64,000 nt of DNA from an uncultured Elusimicrobiales bacterium (GTDB lineage: Bacteria > Elusimicrobiota > Elusimicrobia > Elusimicrobiales > CAZFMJ01), in contig CAZFMJ010000006.1 of NCBI GenBank assembly GCA_964520045.1, forward strand, positions 1,390 through 65,389, written 5' to 3'. Each line of letters starts with the position of its first letter. Within the stretch, counting starts at the first letter, position 1. The translations under genes and the position numbers were made by a program. Positions 9,387-19,178 of the stretch are shown in pieces. The notes under the pieces were generated by a model. It searched no databases and was not told where the DNA came from. It saw nothing but the letters and a program-made list of their open reading frames with translations.

Positions 9387-10006
9387 TATTCCTCCCGCGC
9401 GAGTATTACGGTTTTGCATTTGCAGAGTTTTTTGAATTTCTCCGCGTCCTGAACGGAGCCCGCGATCGAGCCGTAATGCATGGGGACGGCTATTGCGGGG
9501 TTTATTAAGTCCGCCGCCTGAGCGGCTTCTTCGGCTGTCATTGTATAAGTCCCGCCTATCGGAAGAAGAGCGATGTCGGCTTTAATTGATTTCATTTCAG
9601 GTATAAAGTCGGTGTCTCCGGCGTGATATATTCTTTTTCCTCCGGTCGTTATGATAAATCCGAGATAGCCGTTCGCTTTCGGGTGAAAGTTTTTTGCCGG
9701 ATTATAAGCCGGAACGGTTTCAATGATTATCCCTTTGACCGCGGTTTTTTCACCGGGACTCAGCGCCGTAACGGGATGGGGCAGTTTGTCCGCTATGCAG
9801 GACGGCCCGATTATGACGGTATCTTTTGACGCGATTTTATCTATGTCTTCCGGGGAGCAGTGGTCAAAATGGTCGTGCGTGACGAGAATAATATCAGCTT
9901 GTGGAAGTCCGCTCCCGAGTTTGAACGGGTCTATGTATATTTTTACGCCTTCATCCGCGTCTATCCTGAAAGAGGCGTGTCCCAGCCAGTGTATGTTTTC
10001 AATCAT
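9386..10006 (-). CDS. MBL-fold metal-dependent hydrolase (UPF0173-like)
   Basis: WLGHASFRI...[11 protein letters not shown] metallo-beta-lactamase His motif; about 200 aa. Confidence 0.85.
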   Translation of the reverse strand: MIENIHWLGHASFRIDADEGVKIYIDPFKLGSGLPQADIILVTHDHFDHCSPEDIDKIASKDTVIIGPSCIADKLPHPVTALSPGEKTAVKGIIIETVPAYNPAKNFHPKANGYLGFIITTGGKRIYHAGDTDFIPEMKSIKADIALLPIGGTYTMTAEEAAQAADLINPAIAVPMHYGSIAGSVQDAEKFKKLCKCKTVILAREE

Positions 10007-10073
10007 AAGAACAGTTTATAAAAACAAGCAGGAAATGTGAATTGTCTTTTTTGCCGTAAAAATGTAATAGAAT

Positions 10074-11072
10074 ATGTTCATGACAAATAAAAATAGAACT
10101 TTAGGCGCTTTATTCGGAGTGTGCGTGGGCGACGCTCTCGGCCTTCCCGTGCAGTTTTTAAGCAGGAAGGAGATTGACAGCAACCCCGTTGAGGAAATGA
10201 AAAAAATAGGCAAAATGCCGGCCGGAACATGGTCGGACGACAGCTCCCTTACCTTCTGTCTTGCCGACAGCTTATGCAAAGGATTTAACCCCGAGGATAT
10301 CGCTGATAAATTCCGCAGATGGCTTGACGAGGGATTATGGACCCCTGGCGGGCGGGCGTTTGACGTAGGCAAAACCACAAGGCTGGCGATAGAATGCATA
10401 AAAAAGGGAGTGCCGGCGCTTGAATCCGGCGGAATCGACGAGTCCAACAACGGCAACGGCTCGCTTATGCGCATTATTCCGATGGCCTGCCGCTTTGCCG
10501 GCGCGGAGCAAAAGGAAAGGATTGAAAAAACGCATAAGGCTTCGCGCATAACGCACGGACATCCGCGTTCCCAGATGGCATGCGGTTTTTATGTGGAACT
10601 GGCCGTAAAGCTTATAAAAGGAATGGATTTGCGCAAGGCGTATGAAGAGACAAAGCAGGAGGCGGTTGAAATTTACAGGGAGCATCCCTATAAAGGCGAA
10701 TTGCCTAAATTTTCAAGAATAATGGAGCAGGATATAGCTGGTTTAAGCAGGGGGGAAATAAAATCAACCGGCTATGTGATAGACACGCTTGAGGCTGCGC
10801 TCTGGTGCATGCTGACCACAGGGTCTTATAAGGATGCGGTTCTTGCCGCGGTGAATCTGGGCAATGATTCCGATACTACGGGCGCGGTAACCGGCGGGCT
10901 GGCGGGGATATATTACGGGTTTGAGTCCATTCCAAGGGGCTGGATCGAAAAAATAGCCCTTAAGGACAAGATAAATGATCTGGCCGCGCGTTTAGAAAAG
11001 GCAAATGCCCCGGCTGATGCTGTCTCTTCCGCTTCAGGAAAAACAGGAACGGTAAGCAGGAGGAAAAAATGA
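10074..11072 (+). CDS. ADP-ribosylglycohydrolase family protein
   Basis: GALFGVCVGDALGLPVQF near the N-terminus and GNDSDTTGAVTGGLAGIYYG near the C-terminus. Confidence 0.85.
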   Translation: MFMTNKNRTLGALFGVCVGDALGLPVQFLSRKEIDSNPVEEMKKIGKMPAGTWSDDSSLTFCLADSLCKGFNPEDIADKFRRWLDEGLWTPGGRAFDVGKTTRLAIECIKKGVPALESGGIDESNNGNGSLMRIIPMACRFAGAEQKERIEKTHKASRITHGHPRSQMACGFYVELAVKLIKGMDLRKAYEETKQEAVEIYREHPYKGELPKFSRIMEQDIAGLSRGEIKSTGYVIDTLEAALWCMLTTGSYKDAVLAAVNLGNDSDTTGAVTGGLAGIYYGFESIPRGWIEKIALKDKINDLAARLEKANAPADAVSSASGKTGTVSRRKK

Positions 11073-12061
11073 ATAAAAAATTCTGGCTTAAGAAGATTAA
11101 AGATTTGGTTTTTTTGATAATCGTCGCCTTTGTTTTCATAAAATTCACCACTTACGGGTCCAAGTTCTGGGCCACGCAGACGCCGGTGGTTCTTGAGACG
11201 GACAATTCGTCTGCGCGGACAATTAAAAAACGCGTGCATTTCCTGTCCGAAGAAGTGGGAGACCGCAGTGTTTTTAACCATAAAAACCTTGAGAAAGCCA
11301 AAGATTACATAGCCAAAGAATTTAAAACCTCCGGCTACAGCGTTGAGTTTCAGACGTATAAAGCGGCGGCAAAAGACGCGTCCAATATAATCGCCGTTAA
11401 AAAAGGCCGTCTTGCGCCGGACGAGGTTGTTATAATCGGGGCGCATTACGACACCGAAGGCACGAAAGGGGCCGATGACAATGCCAGCGGAACGGCCTGC
11501 CTGCTTGAACTCGCGGACAGATTTTCAAAATCCCAGCCGGCAAAAACGCTTAAATTTATAGCTTTTGTTAATGAAGAGCCGCCGTTTTTTACAAATGACC
11601 TGATGGGAAGCATGGTTTATGCCGGGCGCGCTAAAAAGGACGGAGAAAATATAAAGGCCGCCATCGTTCTGGAAATGCTGGGGTTTTATTCCCAGAAACC
11701 CTTTTCCCAGCGATATCCGCCGTTCATAGGCCCCTTTTATCCCAACAGGGGAAATTTTGTCGCTATAGTCGGAAACCTCAACTCGCGGGATATCGTCAGT
11801 TCGGCGGGGAATTCATTCAGAAGCAAAAGCACGTTTCCGGTTGAAACCGCGGTTCTTCCTTTCTGGATCCCGGGAGTGGCTTTTTCAGATCATTATTCAT
11901 TCTGGAAAAACGGCTATAAGGCGGTGATGGTTACGGATACCGCGTTTTTCCGCAACAGCAATTACCATAAGGCTTCGGACACTGCGGACACTTTAAACTA
12001 CGACTACATGTCGGAAATAGTAAACGGCCTTGAGTCCGTCATAAAAAACCTCGCGGAGTAG
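11069..12061 (+). CDS. M28 family aminopeptidase, membrane-anchored
   Basis: VIIGAHYDT...GADDNASGTACLLELA...FVNEEPPF zinc-ligand blocks and an N-terminal TM helix. ATGA overlap with the upstream gene. Confidence 0.85.
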   Translation: MNKKFWLKKIKDLVFLIIVAFVFIKFTTYGSKFWATQTPVVLETDNSSARTIKKRVHFLSEEVGDRSVFNHKNLEKAKDYIAKEFKTSGYSVEFQTYKAAAKDASNIIAVKKGRLAPDEVVIIGAHYDTEGTKGADDNASGTACLLELADRFSKSQPAKTLKFIAFVNEEPPFFTNDLMGSMVYAGRAKKDGENIKAAIVLEMLGFYSQKPFSQRYPPFIGPFYPNRGNFVAIVGNLNSRDIVSSAGNSFRSKSTFPVETAVLPFWIPGVAFSDHYSFWKNGYKAVMVTDTAFFRNSNYHKASDTADTLNYDYMSEIVNGLESVIKNLAE

Positions 12062-12091
12062 GTTAACCCCGATACTCCGCAGCGCTTCCTT

Positions 12092-12244
12092 ATGGATGAA
12101 AGAAAAAAATATTACGCGCACTCCGCAAATGCCAAAGGCAAATGGCAGCTGCTGAAAGACCATCTGCTAAACACCGCCATCCCGGCCCGCATCCCCCCGA
12201 TGTTCTTGAAAAATGTTCTGTTGACTGCTATAATTACAGTGTAA
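12092..12244 (+). pseudogene. duplicated 5' fragment of cas3 (first ~33 codons), then unrelated sequence to a stop
   Basis: MDERKKYYAHSANAKGKWQLLKDHLLNTAIPAR versus the cas3 N-terminus MDGIKKYYAHSANAKGEWQLLKDHLQNTAVLAR. About 98 nt align with about 10 mismatches (manual). Confidence 0.85.
12206..12234 (+). promoter_or_regulatory. sigma70-like promoter of the TA cassette (TTGAAA-N17-TATAAT), followed by direct repeats AGTGTAATGG/AGTGTAATTG
   Basis: TTGAAA at 12206-12211 and TATAAT at 12229-12234. The tandem decamers at about 12239-12258 lie between the -10 box and the RBS gggagg and are a candidate RHH operator. Confidence 0.5.
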
Positions 12245-12274
12245 TGGAGTGTAATTGAATGGGAGGCGTATTTT

Positions 12275-12517
12275 ATGTCCAGAATAAGCGTTCAGTGGAC
12301 GGTCAGCCTTCCGCCCGAGCTCTCCAGGAAGGCGTTGTTCCTGGCTAAATGCGAAATTCGTTCCAGGTCTGAGCTTGTGCGCGAGGCCTTGCGGGAGTAT
12401 ATCTCCAGGCAGACAAGGTTTTTTGGACTCAGAAAGAAACTTGCGTCTAATATGAACAGGCGCCGCATAAAGACGCTTAAAGACATTGAGAATATTATAG
12501 ATGACGGCCGCATATAA
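12275..12517 (+). CDS. ribbon-helix-helix (CopG/Arc-type) antitoxin
   Basis: VSLPPELSRKALFLAKCEIRSRSELVREALREYI fits the beta-strand plus two helices of RHH. Overlaps the downstream PIN gene by 17 nt. Confidence 0.75.
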   Translation: MSRISVQWTVSLPPELSRKALFLAKCEIRSRSELVREALREYISRQTRFFGLRKKLASNMNRRRIKTLKDIENIIDDGRI

Positions 12518-12935
12518 AAAACTCAGGGTTGTTTTGGACACTAATGTCCTCATCTCTGCTCTGGGTTTTCTTGGCAGGGAGACCGGCAAAATATGGGATT
12601 TGGCCGAGGAAAGCGGGTATGAGCTGTTTCTGTCCGAGTTTATTCTTGATGAGCTTTTGCGTAATTTAGCTGGAAAAGCGGGATTGTCTGAAAATGACGC
12701 CGCGGAAGTAATTGAACGTGTAAGAGATTTTTCCGTCATTGCAGTTCCAAAATCAAAAGTGTCGGTCATCCGTCAAAAAGACGCAGATAACCGCATCCTT
12801 GAATGCGCTGTCGCCGCTAACGCCGATGTGATAGTGACCGGCAATATGCGCCATATCAGGCCGCTTGGCAGTTTTCGGGGCATCGCGATACTAACTCCGC
12901 GCGAGTTTTTGGACAAGCATTTCCCGGGCATTTAG
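12501..12935 (+). CDS. PIN-domain toxin (putative RNase, TA-system toxin component)
   Basis: LRVVLDTNVLISAL, SEFILDEL, DADNRILECAVAANADVIVTGN: the acidic PIN residues in the usual order. Confidence 0.8.
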   Translation: MTAAYKKLRVVLDTNVLISALGFLGRETGKIWDLAEESGYELFLSEFILDELLRNLAGKAGLSENDAAEVIERVRDFSVIAVPKSKVSVIRQKDADNRILECAVAANADVIVTGNMRHIRPLGSFRGIAILTPREFLDKHFPGI

Positions 12936-12958
12936 CCTGCTTCCCTGGCCGCTCTCCT

Positions 12959-15163
12959 ATGGATGGAATAAAAAAATATTATGCGCACTCTGCAAATGCC
13001 AAAGGCGAATGGCAGCTGCTGAAGGATCATCTGCAAAACACCGCCGTCCTGGCCCGTCAGTTTGCCGAGTCCGCCCGCCCTGGTGATAAGGAATTTTCAG
13101 ATGCCGCTCATGCCGCCGGCCTGCTTCATGATTTAGGAAAATATTCAATCAGATTTCAGCAAAGGCTGAAAGATACTCGTGTTTGTGGTATTGAACATTG
13201 GTTGCCTGGTTCGATGACTTTGTTCGAAAATAACATGCCGTATTCCGCGTTTAGTTCATTTGCCCACCATGTGGGGCTCCTGAATATACGTGATATTAAA
13301 AATGCCATATCAGTCCCCAGTGAATCAATTCCTGAAACCACAGAAGAATTGCTTGAGCGGTTTTTGGCAGAATGCCCTCAGCCGCGTTTAAGTGTTAAAC
13401 TTGGAGTTAATTATAATCCAACACAAAACACCATCCTGACAAGAATTATTTTCAGTTGCCTGGTAGACGCTGATTTCTTGGACACGGAAAGGCATTTTGA
13501 ACCAGAAGAGTCGAAATGCCGTTTGAAAAACAAGGGAACGTTTAAGCCAAAGGATTGGCAGGCATGTTTGGATAAAAAGATAAAAACTATTTCCAAGTTG
13601 GCAAGTTCCACAAATAAAGCGAGGAGTATTGTCTTGGAAGCATGCCTTGGAGCGGCGAATAGGAAATCAGGAGTATTCTCTTTGACAGCTCCGACGGGCA
13701 GTGGTAAAACTTTGTCTAGTTTGGCATTTGCGCTTAAGCATTCGCAATTAAATCCTGCTTTTAGGAGAATAATTGTTGTCTTGCCGTATACAACGATAAT
13801 TGAGCAAACTGCGGCAGAATATCGGCAAATAGTAGGAGATCGAAACCTGCTTGAGCATCACTCCGCCAAAGATTTGGAAAAAGATTCAGAGGATGAGTTG
13901 CGTTATCGGTTCGCATCCGAGAATTGGGATGCGCCAGTTATTATTACCACACAGGTGCAGTTTTTTGAAAGTCTATTTTCCAATAAACCTTCTTCCTGCA
14001 GAAAGCTTCATCAGATTGCTAATAGCGTGATAATTTTCGACGAAATCCAGACGCTTACTGGCTATCTCCTGCGGCCGCTTTTAAATATGGTTAATGAGTT
14101 GTGCTGTGTCATGGGCTGCACTGCGGTTTTGTCTTCCGCAACGCCTAACTGTATCGGTTTGACGGCGAAAAAGCTTGGGATTAAGGACTGGGATCCTAAA
14201 GAAATAATAAATAATCCATCGGCATTGGCAAAAGCTATGCGGCGCGTTAATGTTTTAATGCCGGAGGATTACTCAGCTGCCTCTCCTTTGTCTGATATCG
14301 CCGAAGGGATGGGAAAATATAAACAGGCATTGTGTATTGTAAATCGCAAAGATGACGCGGAGGATATATTTAGGCTCCTTCCTCAGGAAGGAAGATATCA
14401 TCTTTCGACAAGAATGTGCCCTGCCCATCGTGTGAATACCCTTGATAAAATTAAGTCGGCGCTAATTTCCAATAAAACATGCCGGTTGTCCGCCACTCAG
14501 TGTGTTGAGGCGGGGGTAGACATGGATTTCCCGGCTGTGTGGCGCGCCCTTGGTCCGTTGGATTCAATTTTACAAGCGGCAGGGCGTTGCAATCGGGAGG
14601 GGAAAATAGCGCTTTCCAAATCTAATGTAAGAGTATTTATTTCTGAACGTCAACCGCCGCAAGGTTATTATAATATAGCGTCGCAGGTAACGCCTATTTT
14701 TCAGCAGTTTTGCCGTGGCGAGGATATTTTAGACCCCGAGACCATTTCTAAATACTTTACCCTGTTGTTGGATAGGATGCCTATTGATAAGGTTTTTCTT
14801 GACGATGGCAGGGAGGCTAGGGTTGCTGATTTGGAGAGGGACGGTGAATTTGCCGCCATTGCGCGTGCGGTTAGGTTGATAAAAGATGATACTGTTCAGG
14901 TAGTTGTGCCTTATGAGAGAAAAGGCCGCGCGGCGAAGAAATACCTGGAAAATTTTAGTAAAAAGTTTGGTGCGCGGCCGTTGCCGCATAATATACGCAA
15001 AAAACTCGGTCGGATTTCCGTGCAATTCCACAAAAATCAAGTGTCATATTATTGTGCCCATGGCGTTATGAAGGAATTTAAAAATCAAACTTATGTGTGG
15101 ATTGGCCATTATGATAAAGATCTTGGTTGTGTCATTCCAAAACCGGAGGATAGTATCGTATGA
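12959..15163 (+). CDS. cas3: CRISPR-associated helicase/nuclease Cas3 (HD plus SF2 helicase)
   Basis: N-terminal HD domain (YAHS...LHDLGK), Walker A APTGSGKT, DEAD-like box FDEIQ. First gene of the I-C operon. Confidence 0.95.
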   Translation: MDGIKKYYAHSANAKGEWQLLKDHLQNTAVLARQFAESARPGDKEFSDAAHAAGLLHDLGKYSIRFQQRLKDTRVCGIEHWLPGSMTLFENNMPYSAFSSFAHHVGLLNIRDIKNAISVPSESIPETTEELLERFLAECPQPRLSVKLGVNYNPTQNTILTRIIFSCLVDADFLDTERHFEPEESKCRLKNKGTFKPKDWQACLDKKIKTISKLASSTNKARSIVLEACLGAANRKSGVFSLTAPTGSGKTLSSLAFALKHSQLNPAFRRIIVVLPYTTIIEQTAAEYRQIVGDRNLLEHHSAKDLEKDSEDELRYRFASENWDAPVIITTQVQFFESLFSNKPSSCRKLHQIANSVIIFDEIQTLTGYLLRPLLNMVNELCCVMGCTAVLSSATPNCIGLTAKKLGIKDWDPKEIINNPSALAKAMRRVNVLMPEDYSAASPLSDIAEGMGKYKQALCIVNRKDDAEDIFRLLPQEGRYHLSTRMCPAHRVNTLDKIKSALISNKTCRLSATQCVEAGVDMDFPAVWRALGPLDSILQAAGRCNREGKIALSKSNVRVFISERQPPQGYYNIASQVTPIFQQFCRGEDILDPETISKYFTLLLDRMPIDKVFLDDGREARVADLERDGEFAAIARAVRLIKDDTVQVVVPYERKGRAAKKYLENFSKKFGARPLPHNIRKKLGRISVQFHKNQVSYYCAHGVMKEFKNQTYVWIGHYDKDLGCVIPKPEDSIV

Positions 15164-15900
15164 ATGAAAACAACTCAGTTTTTCTCAAAGTCTGGGGTGA
15201 GTATGCTTGTTTTACGAGGCCTGAACTCAAAGTTGAGCGTGTCAGCTATGCAGTTCCAACGCCGTCCGCCGCTCGTGGATTTCTGGAAGCTATACTATTT
15301 AAACCGGAATTTCGCTGGCGGATTGAGGAAATAAGTGTGTTGAAAGAAATTCAATTTATAAATCTCCGGCGTAACGAGGTTCAAGGGGTTATCTCAAGCA
15401 GGAATGTAGAATCCGCCATGCGCGGCACAAAGGAATTGTCCCCGCTTATGGCTGATGACACGGATAATGAGGGAGAAGGCCGGACACAACGCCAAACCAT
15501 AGCTTTGCGGGATGTGTCGTATATTATCAAAGCAAGTCCCCGACCTTTTACCGCTTCAGGCACAGTAGATTTAGTTAGGAAATTTAAAGAGCAATTTGAG
15601 CGACGTGTCCAGAAAGGGCAGTGCTTCCAGCAGCCATATTTCGGTTGCAGGGAGTTTGTGGCTAATTTTTTGCTCCCTACCGGTAATGAAAAACCTATTG
15701 CTGTTTCAAGAGAACTTGGCTGGATGCTTTATGATATTTTTGACTTAAACGCACAGCCGGTCCCGATTTCTAACGCAGACGTACTTGAAAAACATAGACA
15801 GCTTTCGCTTTTTGAGGCTAAACTTGAAAACGGCGTAGTTAAGGTGCCGGATTGGAATTCAGACACGGTCAGACATGCCGCTGTTCAGGAGGCAAAATGA
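15160..15900 (+). CDS. cas5: Cas5d (type I-C pre-crRNA endoribonuclease subunit)
   Basis: VFLKVWGEYACFTRPELKVERVSYAVPTPSAARGFLEAILFKPEFRW is the Cas5d signature. ATGA overlaps on both sides. Confidence 0.95.
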   Translation: MNENNSVFLKVWGEYACFTRPELKVERVSYAVPTPSAARGFLEAILFKPEFRWRIEEISVLKEIQFINLRRNEVQGVISSRNVESAMRGTKELSPLMADDTDNEGEGRTQRQTIALRDVSYIIKASPRPFTASGTVDLVRKFKEQFERRVQKGQCFQQPYFGCREFVANFLLPTGNEKPIAVSRELGWMLYDIFDLNAQPVPISNADVLEKHRQLSLFEAKLENGVVKVPDWNSDTVRHAAVQEAK

Positions 15901-17657
15901 TACTTCAAAGACTGGTAGAATACGCGGAGAGGAATAAGCTTGGTGTGGACCAGACCTATTCCGATAAAAAAGTTTACTGGCAAGTGGAACTTGACTCCGT
16001 AGGTAATTTTGTCGGAGTAGTGCCGAGAGGTATAGAGGAAAGGATTATTGGGGGGCAGAGTAGAACGAAACATGTGGGCGAAGATATTTGTGCGCCATAC
16101 ACACCCTCTAATCTCATGAATGGTGGTAAAATAGCCCATTTTATTATTGATTCTGCAGAAAGGATACTATTTTGGCATGAACAGAATATTGATGGGAAAA
16201 AAATTAAAAAATTAAAAATTCAACATCAATATTACTGGATGCTGATAGAAGAATGTTGGAAAACCGCGATTGAGAATAAAAGACAATTTAATGCGCTTGT
16301 TTCTGCGCAGAAAATTATCGCTGACTTAATTGACGCTCTTAAACAACGAGGGGCCAAACCCAGCCAAAATATTGTTTTCGCGATAGATGGAATCCTGCTG
16401 GCGGAATTGCCTGAAGCAAAAAAGTATTGGGGTGAGCATTTCCGTAAATTTACGTGTTCTGGAAAAGCGGGTGCTTCTTATCTGGATTTATCTTCTGGGA
16501 AGGTAATCGTAAATCCAAAAAATAGTCATGGAAAAATCAAACGTGTGCCTGGAGGTAATCAATCCGGGACATCATTTATTGCCAATGATAAAAATGCGTT
16601 TAAGTCTTTCGGACTGGAGGATGCCTTAAATGCTCCGGTTTCTTCTGAGAATGAGGCAAAATATCGAGAAGCCCTCAATGCTTTGATCCAAAAAGGAGAA
16701 AGGATTCCACCTGAAGCGGTAGCCTGTTTCTGGACGAGAAAAGATACGCAATGCGATCCGTGGTCAACAATAAAAGAACCGAATGAGGAGGATGTGCGGT
16801 CACTGCTGGCCTCTCCTTTGTCTGGTGATAGACATGCCGCTGATATCCAAGAGGATGAATTCTATTCTCTTATTTTAAGCGGCGTCGGCGGCCGGATTAT
16901 GGTGCGAGACTGGATGGAAAGCACTGTGGGGAAAACAAAGGAATCCCTTAAAAAATGGTTTGCGGACATAACAATCATACAGCCGGATGGTTTGGCCGTA
17001 AAATCAAATCATAAGCTTTTCGCTCTGCTTGGCGCGTTGATTAGGGAAAAATTTGATGAATTACCGCCCCAACTTCCGGTGCAGTTGATTCAAGCAGCGT
17101 TAAATAGTAGGCCGCTGCCTATTATACTACTCAGCCTTGCCATAAAAAAGGTGATGATGTCTGTTTACATATCTAAAGATGATGATGTTGATAAATTTGG
17201 AAAGGAAATGCGTCGGACGGCGATTATACGTTTATGTCTTCTCCGTTCGCAATCAAATCAGGAGGTGAATGGTAAAATGCAGGAAAAACTTGACAATGAA
17301 CAAAAAGACCCGGCATATTTGTGCGGGCGGCTGTTGGCAATGCTGGATAGAGTGCAGTATCTTGCGCTTGGCGATGTTGGAGCTGGTGTTATTGAGCGAA
17401 TGTATGGTGCAGCAAGCACTACACCAGCACTTGTCTACGGACGTATTTTTAGAAATGCTCAAGCGCACTTGAGTAAACTGTCAAAAGAAAAGCCCGGCGC
17501 GGCCGTGAATATGGAGAAAGACTTGGAGGAAGTTACAGGCCATCTTAAAGTATGGCCGAAAACCTTAGACCTTGAGGGCCAGGCACGCTTTGCTCTAGGG
17601 TTTTATCATCAGAAAGCTGCGTATAGGGCTAGAAGTATTGAAAATAGGACGAGATAA
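15897..17657 (+). CDS. cas8c: Cas8c/Csd1 large subunit (type I-C)
   Basis: Csd1-like N-terminus MILQRLVEYAERN, about 586 aa, positioned between cas5d and cas7. Start at ATG 15897, overlapping the cas5 stop. Confidence 0.9.
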   Translation: MILQRLVEYAERNKLGVDQTYSDKKVYWQVELDSVGNFVGVVPRGIEERIIGGQSRTKHVGEDICAPYTPSNLMNGGKIAHFIIDSAERILFWHEQNIDGKKIKKLKIQHQYYWMLIEECWKTAIENKRQFNALVSAQKIIADLIDALKQRGAKPSQNIVFAIDGILLAELPEAKKYWGEHFRKFTCSGKAGASYLDLSSGKVIVNPKNSHGKIKRVPGGNQSGTSFIANDKNAFKSFGLEDALNAPVSSENEAKYREALNALIQKGERIPPEAVACFWTRKDTQCDPWSTIKEPNEEDVRSLLASPLSGDRHAADIQEDEFYSLILSGVGGRIMVRDWMESTVGKTKESLKKWFADITIIQPDGLAVKSNHKLFALLGALIREKFDELPPQLPVQLIQAALNSRPLPIILLSLAIKKVMMSVYISKDDDVDKFGKEMRRTAIIRLCLLRSQSNQEVNGKMQEKLDNEQKDPAYLCGRLLAMLDRVQYLALGDVGAGVIERMYGAASTTPALVYGRIFRNAQAHLSKLSKEKPGAAVNMEKDLEEVTGHLKVWPKTLDLEGQARFALGFYHQKAAYRARSIENRTR

Positions 17658-17668
17658 AGGAGAATAAA

Positions 17669-18544
17669 ATGACCGTTATAAAAAATCGTTACGACTTTGT
17701 TTATCTGTTTGATTGCCTTGACGGCAATCCCAACGGAGATCCTGATGCCGCAAATGCTCCACGTCTTGACCCCCAAACCTTACAGGGGATAGTTTCCGAT
17801 GTTTGCATTAAGCGCAAAGTGCGTAATTATGTGCAAATGCGCGGCCAGCCCATTTTTATACAGCACCACGGCATATTAAACAGCGAGATAGATAAAGCTG
17901 AACCAAGAAATGCGGAGCGAAATCGTGAAGAACGTAATCAGGCGGCGAAGTGGATGTGCGGAAATTTTTATGATGTCCGGGCATTCGGGGCGGTGATGAG
18001 CACTGGTTCAAATGCGGGACAGGTCAGAGGACCTATTCAGTTTACCTTTTCCCGCTCCATTGATCCGGTTGTGGCGTTGGACTTATCAATAACACGGGTC
18101 GCAATAACAAAAGTGGAGGATAAGGATAAAAAGGAAACGGAAATGGGCCGCAAAAACCTTATCCCTTACGGTCTTTACCGTTGCCATGGTTTTATAAATG
18201 CGAACTTGGCTCAGGAGCCTAATGGTACAGGATTTTCGGAAGAAGACCTTTCTCTTTTTTGGGAATCCTTGAAAATGATGTTTGATCATGATAGATCTGC
18301 TTCAAGAGGGACAATGTCGCCTCAAATGCTTACGGTGTTTAAACATATAGGAACTGATACTGATGAAAAACAGCGGTCTACCCAGGCAAAACTTGGGTGT
18401 GCCCCTGCACATAAACTGTTTGAGCTTATTAAAATTGAAAAAAACAAGGAAATCCCTCGCAAATACTTGGATTATAATGTCACCATGCCGGAAGCTGGAG
18501 TATTGACGGATTTTCCTGGTGTTGAAGTTATGCGCTTGATATAA
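17669..18544 (+). CDS. cas7: Cas7/Csd2 backbone subunit (type I-C)
   Basis: NRYDFVYLFDCLDGNPNGDPDAANAPR is the Csd2 signature. Confidence 0.95.
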   Translation: MTVIKNRYDFVYLFDCLDGNPNGDPDAANAPRLDPQTLQGIVSDVCIKRKVRNYVQMRGQPIFIQHHGILNSEIDKAEPRNAERNREERNQAAKWMCGNFYDVRAFGAVMSTGSNAGQVRGPIQFTFSRSIDPVVALDLSITRVAITKVEDKDKKETEMGRKNLIPYGLYRCHGFINANLAQEPNGTGFSEEDLSLFWESLKMMFDHDRSASRGTMSPQMLTVFKHIGTDTDEKQRSTQAKLGCAPAHKLFELIKIEKNKEIPRKYLDYNVTMPEAGVLTDFPGVEVMRLI

Positions 18545-18556
18545 ACGGGGTATCGA

Positions 18557-19177
18557 TTGGAACAAATTCTTCTTTCTGCTGTTAACCAGTATCTTTTTTG
18601 CCCAAGGAGATGCGGGTTGATTCACGTGGACGGCGTGTTTGCGGATAACGCCTACACGCTGGAGGGGAGTTTTTTGCATGGCAGGGCGGATACGCCAGGA
18701 GTGGAGAACAGGCCCGGCGTGAGAATTGTCCGGGCTCTGCCTCTTTATTCCAGAAAACTGGGGTTGAGCGGCAAGGCTGACATTGTGGAGTTTCATAAAC
18801 AGCAGGGCCATGCAGAAACGCCTCTGCCGGTTGATTACAAACGCGGGCCGCGCAGGAAATGGGAGAACGACGATGCCCAGCTCTGCGCGCAAGCCCTGTG
18901 CCTTGAGGAAATGCTGAATGCGGAGGTGCCGAAGGGGGCAATATTCCACGCCGCATCAAAACGGCGGAGAGAGGTGATATTTGACGTGGCGTTGCGTGAA
19001 ACCACGCTGAAAGCGATAGGCGATGTGCGTTCCATGCTTAAAACCGGCAAAGTTCCGCCGCCGATTCCAAGTCCACGTTGTGAAGGATGTTCGCTTAAAA
19101 AAATCTGCATACCCGAAATAGTTTCCGCGCCGGAAAAAGTTGCAAATTATAATAACAGTGTTTTTGACGGAGGATAG
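18557..19177 (+). CDS. cas4: Cas4 (RecB-like PD-(D/E)xK nuclease with Fe-S Cys cluster)
   Basis: N-terminal YLFCPRRC plus C-terminal CEGCSLKKIC cysteines; GKADIVEF nuclease core. TTG start. Confidence 0.9.
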   Translation: MEQILLSAVNQYLFCPRRCGLIHVDGVFADNAYTLEGSFLHGRADTPGVENRPGVRIVRALPLYSRKLGLSGKADIVEFHKQQGHAETPLPVDYKRGPRRKWENDDAQLCAQALCLEEMLNAEVPKGAIFHAASKRRREVIFDVALRETTLKAIGDVRSMLKTGKVPPPIPSPRCEGCSLKKICIPEIVSAPEKVANYNNSVFDGG

Positions 19178-19178
19178 C

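Noticed and set aside
10016-10549. Long antisense or alternative-frame ORFs inside conserved genes. Examples: 10016-10549, 10913-11446, 18302-18949, 23198-23788, 25581-26249, 48569-49084, 59179-59967 and 59546-60121.
   Set aside because: Each lies opposite to, or out of frame with, a gene that has strong family motifs. Their translations are low-complexity or Arg/Pro/Ser-rich, as expected for shadow ORFs.
12167-12769. 200-aa minus-strand ORF, and a 73-aa one at 12292-12513
   Set aside because: These are antisense shadows of the RHH/PIN genes and the cas3 fragment. The plus-strand genes have clear family motifs, a promoter and an RBS.
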